From assembly GCA_020137815.1 (NCBI GenBank), contig CM035354.1, positions 186,001 to 250,000 of the forward strand: a stretch of DNA of 64,000 bases, in the 5' to 3' direction. Under the pieces are notes generated by a model that did no database searches, was not told where the DNA came from, and saw only the letters and a program-made list of their open reading frames with translations. Below are positions 55,293 through 64,000 of the stretch, one piece after another. The stretch comes from Hormiphora californensis. Lineage: Eukaryota; Animalia; Ctenophora. Every line of letters starts with the position of its first letter. Within the stretch, counting starts at the first letter, position 1. A program made the translations under genes and the position numbers.

Positions 55293-58200
55293 TATGATAC
55301 CATACCAACATGTCAACATGACACTATCGATGAAGTATGTAGTTTTGATGAATGATGACGTGATACACGTCTCTATCACTATCTGTACGTGTCTTTGAAC
55401 TTGTGTGTACAATGCAAAAGTTGCAGCTGTACCTACTGTGTAAATCTTGCCGAACCGTCAAATATAACTTATCTTGTACTCTCAAGTGACAAGTGAATGT
55501 GAACTTGTCAACAGAGTGTTACCTAGACAGTTGCCGAACCGGATCTCTGAACAGTAAAACTGTTTATAACTGTCCTTTTCCCTTGATCCATGGGACCTCT
55601 CGAAGTGATGCAGTGACGAGTGATAGTGCTAATCTATGATCTTGTGTCACTGGTGTTTGTTCCCTTCCTAAAATGTAAAGAATTTACACTTATAACGGCA
55701 CCTAGCTACCGAACCGGTATCGGATAATGTATAAGACTTGTAGGCAGGTATGGATGACTTGTGTTGTAATCGTTTATATCAAGTGGAAATGATTGGATCC
55801 TCAATCTATTTCTCAAGATAGAACCAAAAGTTCCCATTACTTATTGGTGAGTGTCTCACTCCCCTGTAAACATGTTTGTAAATGGCAGGGTTTACCAAGA
55901 TTGTGACTACACATTTGCTTGGTAAAGTGATGAGAAGTATACTTCTTGTGATGTTGCTGTTATCCGATTGTAGATATGCAGTAACACTGCAGGGTTTGTT
56001 GTGCTCTGTTAGTAGCTATAGAGCCACTGTCTATTTGAATCACTGTAGACCATGAAAATATTTGTTTGAGCAACCTGCTCAATTCTTGGCAATACTAGAT
56101 GCTGTTGTGGCTTTGTGACCTATGTTGTGGAACGGAGTCCCTCGAACTCTTAGTTTGTGCATCTATGGACTTTATTCAGCTGCAAAGCATTTACTTTAGA
56201 TGGGAAAATACGGCTGTAATTAAATACAGTTGTGTTTAGCTGCTACCCGCGTAGTATGCAGTTTTGCGGTGAATCTAGATGTATGACATCTTTTAGTTGT
56301 GTCCTACTGCTAAGAGAGCGGTATATATTAATATCTAGACACATTTGACTCAGAGAACCTCTGAGATGTGATTTGGGGGCCCCAGATCATTCCTTTGGAT
56401 CGTAGCTGTGCTGGAATTGCTACTGAATTTTTAGGATACCATCCTACTTGGACCACCTGAAATTTGGTGATGACGGCGGGATATGGCTAGACCAGCCATG
56501 TTTATCCCAGAATATTCGATACGATGAGTTGACAGATACTGTCAATAACATTGGTACTAAGTATGAACTTCTACGACACCTCGTGCTTGTTTCTGACGCC
56601 AGTCGAAACACGTGATAACGACTTTCTCAGAAAGTCTTTCTGCTTTCAACTCAGTTGAATGTTCTCAACACCTGATGGAAAATCTGTCGGTGTCAGAGAT
56701 GAGAAACTCTCTCAAAAAGTGTTGAAATGGATAAGTTCCTGTGAGGTGCAATGGACGGACAATAAAGAAGATATAAGAAGAGGAAACATTCCTGCGAGAT
56801 AAAATGACCGTGAAACACGATGACAACCCCGTTTTTGAAAAAATGGGTGGGACAGCTTCGAACAAGCTGCAAGGAACTTGCTGACACGTGAATCTAAATG
56901 AAGTTTTAGAAACGATGTAAACGAGTCACTGGCTGCTGAGGGACAGGCTAATAACTTTCTGAGGAGGGGAAGATGTGTAATGTCAACAAAATATGTATGA
57001 AATGGGTCAACGAAAAAAATGAATGAAACGAATTATGAAACGAATGAAACGAATTATGAATTATGAATGATATGAATGGATGATAATAAAGCTTAGGTAC
57101 GTACGAGCTGGTGTAGCTAATGTAGTGCACCAGTAGGGCGAGTCAGATGTGATTCCTTGGTGGTGTTGATCTTCTGGTGGCTGCTGAGACCCGCTACTCT
57201 AGGTGGTCACTGTGGATCATAAGCGGGCACTTCTTTGGACATCCAGATGACTTATCCCTTTGGATGAATGATGATGATAATAGCAAGATACAAGATCCCT
57301 CTCCTGATTAAGTACCCTTACGCTCCTGTCTCTCCAATGTTGAATGAACTGTAGCTGTAAAGTGATGTGTACTGACTACTGATTGTAGAAGGACTTTATG
57401 AATGATATTTATTAGACAATATTATTAGAGACAATGCAAGTTCCTGCCCCATGATTTACTTCTCTTGCAAGGAGGGGAAGTGTGTGCCACTCTGCGATGC
57501 AGCGTGTCACATAAGTATACCGCGTTAGTTAGGGAGATGTGAAAAACTCCCTATAGCGCAGTTCTCTTCTGACTTCTAGAGTTCTGTTCTAACCTCAACA
57601 ACTGACAGTTCTCCTCTATCTCTGCTCATATTACTATACAGTAGCTTACAAGTGTTAAGTGTGATTTGAGAGTTCATGTGAGATAGACTTTTTACTTTGA
57701 CCCAAAACAAAACCCCGTGCTTGAGTTACTGTGTACTTTGTCTCATGAACCATGTCTGACCACGTACCGCCCCCCAATCCAACCCCTACAGTAAGATCCC
57801 CTATCCCCTCTGCGCGGCCTGCTGGACGAACCCAGGCTCGACCTGGAGAACACCGACACGTGACCTTTTTGTGTGGGGACATGTGGCGAGAGGTGAATTC
57901 CTAGGGGCAGGCTGTCTCGTCTTACATGACAGCTAAGTGGGTCGGAATGTTGGGAGGTACTAAACACACACACACACACACACCTCGAAACTGACAGGAA
58001 TTGATATGCATCATTAAATGATGCTAAAGTTCATTTTTGACCTAAAAATGTTCATTTTTGACAAAAAATGTTCATTTTGGACATGTTCTTCAATTTTGAG
58101 AGCTTTTTCGTGAACGGGATCGTGTTCCGCAGGCCAAAATTAGTCGATTACAACCGAAATTTGCTTTCCACCAAGAAAAAACTAAAAAAAATTAAAATTC

Positions 58201-58610
58201 GTCCCCACGATTCTGCAAGTTGGTAAAATTAGCAAGAAAAAAAGGGAGAAAAATTTTTATTTTTGTTCATAAAGTGGATATCTGAAGGCTCAAACTGAAA
58301 GTAACAGTGGTATAAGTTGTCACGAGACGATTGATATGTGTGTTTTGTTCGAAATAACGCCCTAAAACAGACTTTTTGAAATGAATATGCCCATATATGG
58401 GCATAGCTCGTGCCAACGTAATTGGGCCATGGTGGAGCCAAAACTTTGTGATAAAATGTTTTAGAATGATCGTAGGAGCTCATTTAACCCGATACCAAGT
58501 GAAATTTTGAATTAAATTAGGCATTGGAAAAAATAGCACACCCATCAGCCATCATAACTACCCATAATAACTACCCATCATGTTCCCTAAACTAGTCGAG
58601 ATATCAAGCG

Positions 58611-58686
<76 letters not shown>

Positions 58687-59567
58687 CCCTCCCTTTCTCT
58701 CTCTCTCTCTCTCTCTCCCTCCCTTTCTCTCTCTCTCTCTCCCTCCCTTTCTCGATCTCCCTTTCTAGTTTCTGGTAGGAGACAATTCTAAGAAATTCAT
58801 TTCTTCTAGAACTGGTTGAACGATTAATTTAACAATTCTTGCAAAATTGTTATAATATTAATCGGTCAAGCATTATAACCAGTTCTTTCACAATGACAGA
58901 TTAGAAAATCTAATGAGGATTCTTAGAAAGCCACCCGCAGAGTGAAAAAATAGACATTGCAATTGAACGGGGTGAAGAACTGAAAGAGATAGAACAGGCC
59001 GGCAACACAGAGCTTGTTGAACTGCTGAAGTTTCTGTCAGTAGTCAGGCTGTCTCGTTTATTACAAAAAACCAATTTCCATGTTGGCAACCCTCTTCCCG
59101 ACAGGTGAAGGGTATACCGCGTAGGAATTGGGAAGCAATATCCACAAGCAACAGTAACTAAAGCATGGCAAACTATAATAACATGGCAAATGAAAAATCC
59201 GGAGACCAAAACGCACCTGACAAGTTCAACGACTCGGACTACCCGACTACAGGATTTCCCATGCTTTACTGCTCAGTCTGTCGTTCGGGCTTGCGTAAGC
59301 TCACACCGGGCCGAAAACCCGGTGTGAAAGCCGACAATCGAGTCTCGACAGACTGGGAACATGTAAAAATAGGACACACACTCGCAGTGTAGCAAAAAAA
59401 ATGTTACACACACACACACAAAATTTCGCGCCTAAATTTTTGGCACGCGCAAATCCATGGCGCGCGCGTCCAAGATTTACGTCCGCGCGCGCGACGTCGA
59501 GTAAAAAAATCTGCAAGTTAAAAATGGGCGCGATTATATTTAATCTGGGTGCCTTGCAGCGTGTTTA

Positions 59568-60141
59568 CAGGTGCGCGCTGCCAAAAAAGTACACCTAAAA
59601 CCACTTAGACCGACTTTTTTCAAACGGCTATAGCCGCGGAACCACATGGCCGATTTGAGTAAACTAAACGGTATCTGATAGAGAATCGATAGCCCTAACC
59701 GATAACCCCAAACGAAACCCTAACCCGACCCTAACAACAGCCCTAACCCGTCTCGACCGCCAAAATCGATGAATTGTTAGCAATGGAAGGCACCCAGATT
59801 TTAACGTTTTCCGTTAAAAATTTCTAACGCCCGCCCTTTTTTCCAAAAATCGGCCAGCGTTAAAATCTGGGTGTTTGCCCTGTTTGGAGTGTCAGCACTC
59901 ACGGTTTTTAGAGTTAGGGCTATAACAGTTGAAAAGTGCTGCCTTGTCCTGCGCTGCCAGCAGCGTTTGCCAAGGGCTACAGTAGGGTTAGGGTTAGCCG
60001 TCGCCCGTCAGGGCTGGGGGTTGGATTGGGGTTAGGGCTTGGCATTTCCTATTGGATAACCTTTGGATTAGCCAAAACGGTTTAGTGGTTTGGCGGTTAG
60101 AGCCGTTTTAGTGCAGGGTACTTTTTGGCAGCGTGCACCTG
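59568..60141. mobile_element. TA-flanked MITE (574 bp) carrying telomere-like CCCTAA/TTAGGG motifs
   Basis: TIR CAGGTGCRCGCTGCCAAAAA(A)GTAC, with TA on both sides. Confidence 0.82.
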
Positions 60142-60283
60142 TAAACAGATCATAACGGCGCCCGTGTGAACTTCTGCACTTCACACTGTGAAGTGCAGAA
60201 ATTGATGAGCGACTCAAATCAAAATGTGAATTTATCAGTCCAATTTCTTTCTGATGAATTCTAAAATTCATGTTTCATAGCAG

Positions 60284-61616
60284 ATGATCAGTTTTGAGGA
60301 GATATGTTCGCTTACAGATATCCGAGAGGCTGTTTCAGAGAAACACAAACTCACAGTCGGTGATCCCTCGATTAAGATCGTATCCTTCCAGTCGGAGTCC
60401 ATACTCTTCTGCTGCCTGATCGAGGGTACATCAGACGGGGCTATTCACACTATCTTTGGGAAGTTTAACATCTTTGACAAGACTACAGAGGATATCTATA
60501 CTCATCCAGATCCAATTGATGTCTTGGTCGCTTCCCTAAACCAAGATGCCAACTTGCTGAGTAAGGGGGCTTCCGGGGGCTTTCTTTTTACACCATTGAT
60601 TTGGTGTCATCTTGCTGTATTAGCAGTTATTAATTAATTAATTAATTAACTTTATTCTCTCAGTTTTTGCTCGAAGAACTTCCAGCAGGGGAGCAAGTTC
60701 CAAATCCTTTCTGGTGGACTTACTAAAAAATAAGTTATTCGATCTGAAAATTGAAAACACCGTCCATCAACAGCTAACAGTAAGTTTATCCGTAACTCAA
60801 GATCAGTTAATTAATCTCCGTTGTTTTACAGATCAGAACTTTTAGAATTCTTCAGACTTGCACATTTTCCTAGTTAAAATCTGTTTCAGTTTCTGCCCTG
60901 GAGGAATGCCAGAGAACGTGGCAAGCGGAAGGAGCATCTTGTATTCTTTGTTGAAAAACGACAACTTGGTGTCTTGCACATCTTCACCATTGAGAACGAT
61001 TCCGGGGTAGGATTGTAGCAGGAACCGACCGAATCAGGAAATACTGGTCCCTGATTGGCTGATAACCAGTCACGTGACCTAAATAACGAGTTCTGATTGG
61101 TTGTTTACTTGTTTCGGTCGGTTCCTGGATTGTAGTTATCTAGCAGATCTGTCATTGGTGGTCACTAGTTGAGAGTTGTTTTGCTGCCCTTCACGCAGGA
61201 GTTGTAACTGCGTCACTAGCATCCGACATTACACACTAATGACGATTGACGTCATTACACAATAATTTAGTTATACTCACTGGGAATGTAATATCTAATT
61301 GCTATCACAGTTGTTGGTAATGAAATTACCCATCAACGTGAGCGCCCGGAGGTAATATAGGGGTGACTTGGTAACCAATCACAATTGTATTCACTGATTA
61401 TGCGGCTAATAAACAATCAAACGATCCTTATTATTCTCCCCCAATCACAATTCATCAATTGTAACCATGGTAACAGCTTTCTTCCACACACAGGCCATGG
61501 AGGTGCAGCAGATGCAGAAGGAGTCCCTGGTTCAACACTACATCTGGTACCAACTGGATGTCCACTCTAAGAGACTCTACTACATCTACCTGCAACAACA
61601 GGAGATGTCAGGACGG
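60284..61616 (+). CDS. GSAP: Gamma-secretase-activating protein (GSAP/pigeon) homolog, 5' exons; continues beyond the window
   Basis: HTIFGKFNIFDKTTEDIYTH...VASLNQDANLL, EHLVFFVEKR and HYIWYQLDVHSKRLYYIYL parallel recalled GSAP segments (e.g. FVWAQWDMSEQRLYYIDL). Confidence 0.72.
61019..61127. mobile_element. 109-bp hAT-type MITE, copy 5
   Basis: TSD GATTGTAG (61011-61018, 61128-61135). Confidence 0.9.
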
Positions 61617-63860
61617 GTTAGTGGAGTGTGGAGGGACGGGTTAGTGGGGTATTGAGGGACGGGTTAGTGGGGTATTGAGGGACGGATTAGTGGGGTATTG
61701 AGGGACGGGTTAGTCCCTGGTTCAACACTACATCTGGTACCAACTGGATGTCCACTCTAAGAGACTCTACTACATCTACCTGCAACAACAGGAGATGTCA
61801 GGACGGGTTAGTGGAGTGTGGAGGGACGGGTTAGTGGGGTATTGAGGGACGGGTTAGTGGGGTATTGAGGGACGGGTTAGTGGGGTATTGAGGGACGGGT
61901 TAGTCCCTGGTTCAACACTACATCTGGTACCAACTGGATGTCCACTCTAAGAGACTCTACTACATCTACCTGCAACAACAGGAGATGTCAGGACGGGTTA
62001 GTGGAGTGTGGAGGGACGGGTTAGTGGGGTATTGAGGGACGGGTTAGTGGGGTATTGAGGGACGGATTAGTGGGGTATTGAGGGACGGGTTAGTCCCTGG
62101 TTCAACACTACATCTGGTACCAACTGGATGTCCACTCTAAGAGACTCTACTACATCTACCTGCAACAACAAGAGATGTCAGGACGGGTTAGTGGAGTGTG
62201 GAGGGACGGGTTAGTGGGGTATTGAGGGACGGGTTAGTGGGGTATTGAGGGACGGATTAGTGGGGTATTGAGGGACGGGTTAGTCCCTGGTTCAACACTA
62301 CATCTGGTACCAACTGGATGTCCACTCTAAGAGACTCTACTACATCTACCTGCAACAACAGGAGATGTCAGGACGGGTTAGTGGAGTGTGGAGGGACGGG
62401 TTAGTGGGGTATTGAGGGACGGGTTAGTGGGGTATTGAGGGACGGATTAGTGGGGTATTGAGGGACGGGTTAGTCCCTGGTTCAACACTACATCTGGTAC
62501 CAACTGGATGTCCACTCTAAGAGACTCTACTACATCTACCTGCAACAACAGGAGATGTCAGGACGGGTTAGTGGAGTGTGGAGGGACGGGTTAGTGGGGT
62601 ATTGAGGGACGGGTTAGTGGGGTATTGAGGGACGGATTAGTGGGGTATTGAGGGACGGGTTAGTCCCTGGTTCAACACTACATCTGGTACCAACTGGATG
62701 TCCACTCTAAGAGACTCTACTACATCTACCTGCAACAACAGGAGATGTCAGGACGGGTTAGTGGAGTATTGGAGAAGGAAGGAAGGGAGGGAAGGACGAG
62801 TTAGTGGAGTGTGGAGGGACGGGTTAGTGGGGTATAAAGGAAGGGAGGGATACCCACTCTAAGAGACTCTACTACATCTACCTGCAACAACAGGAGATGT
62901 CAGGACGGGTTAGTGGAGTGTGGAGGGACGGGTTAGTGGAGTGTGTAGGGACGGGTTAGTGGGGTATTGAGGAAGGAAGGAAGGGAGGGAAGGACGAGTT
63001 AGTGGAGTGTGGAGGGACGGGTTAGTGGGGTATAAAGGAAGGGAGGGATACCCACTCTAAGAGACTCTACTACATCTACCTGCAACAACAGGAGATGTCA
63101 GGACGGGTTAGTGGAGTGTGGAGGGGCGGGTTAGTGGAGTGTGTAGGGACGGGTTAGTGGGGTATTGAGGAAGGAAGGAAGGGAGGGAAGGACGAGTTAG
63201 TGGAGTGTGGAGGGACGGGTTAGTGGGGTATAAAGGAAGGGAGGGATACCCACTCTAAGAGACTCTACTACATCTACCTGCAACAACAGGAGATGTCAGG
63301 ACGGGTTAGTGGAGTATTGAGGAAGGAAGGAAGGGAGGGAAGGACGGGTTAGTGGGGTGTGGAGGGACGGGTTAGTGGGGTATAAAGGAAGGGAGGGATA
63401 CCCACTCTAAGAGACTCTACTACATCTACCTGCAACAACAGGAGATGTCAGGACGGGTTAGTGGAGTGTGGAGGGACGGGTTAGTGGAGTGTGTAGGGAC
63501 GGGTTAGTGGGGTATTGAGGGACGGATTAGTGGGGTATTGAGGGACGGATTAGTGGGGTATTGAGGGACGGGTTAGTCCCTGGTTCAACACTACATCTGG
63601 TACCAACTGGATGTCCACTCTAAGAGACTCTACTACATCTACCTGCAACAACAGGAGATGTCAGGACGGGTTAGTGGAGTGTGGAGGGGCGGGTTAGTGG
63701 AGTGTGTAGGGACGGGTTAGTGGGGTATTGAGGAAGGAAGGAAGGGAGGGAGGAGTTAGTGGAGTGTGGAGGAAGGGAGGGACGGGTTAGTGGAGTGTGG
63801 AGGAAGGGAGGGACGGGTTAGTGGGGTGTGGAGGAAGGGAGGGACGGATTAGTGGGACGA
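61524..63860 (+). repeat. Tandem array of the 3' part of a GSAP exon plus G-rich intronic 20-mers
   Basis: 190-bp units at 61524, 61714, 61904, 62094, 62284, 62474, 62664; four shorter variants; another full copy at 63577. Confidence 0.95.
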
Positions 63861-64000
63861 AGATAAGAGGGAATTGACATATTATCACATATTATCACTA
63901 GTTTAGCAATAGAATTGAGTGGTTAAGGGTACACCTGGCGTTTTTCATCATCGAGTGCCCAACCAAATGACTTCACCAGGGTTTAGGCCATACAAAATGG

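Larger units (their letters stand above)
52532..57790 (+). mobile_element. Non-autonomous (gag-only) Gypsy-like LTR retrotransposon
   Basis: 308-bp TG...CA LTRs (5' LTR split: 52532-52556 plus 54028-54324; 3' LTR 57483-57790); TSD GTAA; PBS TGGTGGCATCGGTGGGAT at 54327-54344 (tRNA-Leu-like); PPT AAGGAGGGGAAG at 57469-57480. Confidence 0.92.
50584..57980 (+). mobile_element. Non-autonomous non-LTR retroposon copy A (~2.1 kb net; 50584-52531 plus 57795-57980), (CA)n tail
   Basis: 13-bp TSD CACCTCGAAACTG (50571-50583, 57981-57993); (CA)n tail; homology blocks shared with inverted copy B. Confidence 0.88.
50327..58543. mobile_element. Probable outer TIR element hosting the nested insertions
   Basis: 13-bp TIR GGGTGTGCTATTT / AAATAGCACACCC; AT-rich arms at 50327-50570 and 57994-58543. 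No clear TSD. Confidence 0.6.

Noticed and set aside
58900-59392. Coding-looking segment with a CSVC motif
   Set aside because: It has an internal stop and no recognisable family; it may be a decayed fragment but cannot be supported.

Overview
Eukaryotic, metazoan-like genomic DNA: spliceosomal GT-AG introns, long (CT)n/(GA)n tracts, one 100-N gap and several low-quality stretches. The compact layout suggests a non-bilaterian invertebrate such as a ctenophore, but that is inference only. Genes, in order: 3' part of a HECT E3 ligase (+); stomatin (-) with an intronless PLXDC/TEM7-like gene nested antisense in one intron; AP-1 gamma adaptin (+); a co-oriented trio NFX1 > casein kinase 1 gamma > DNAJA3-like (-); an unknown multi-exon gene (+); a prickle/testin-like 3xLIM gene (-) with a small Regnase-UBA-like ORF antisense upstream; a CBM2-like gene with two duplicated exons; and the 5' part of GSAP (+). 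The strongest unexpected signal is at 50.3-58.5 kb. A ~2.1-kb non-coding retroposon starts exactly at a complete HDV-like ribozyme fold and ends in a (CA)n tail with a 13-bp target-site duplication (TSD). It appears to sit inside a TIR element and is interrupted by a gag-only LTR element, whose 5' LTR is split by a second, inverted copy of the same retroposon family. Other notable items: a 109-bp hAT-type MITE repeatedly found just downstream of splice donors, probable mutually exclusive exons 25 nt apart, and a 12-copy tandem amplification of part of a GSAP exon. All protein family calls are from recalled motifs; no search was run.
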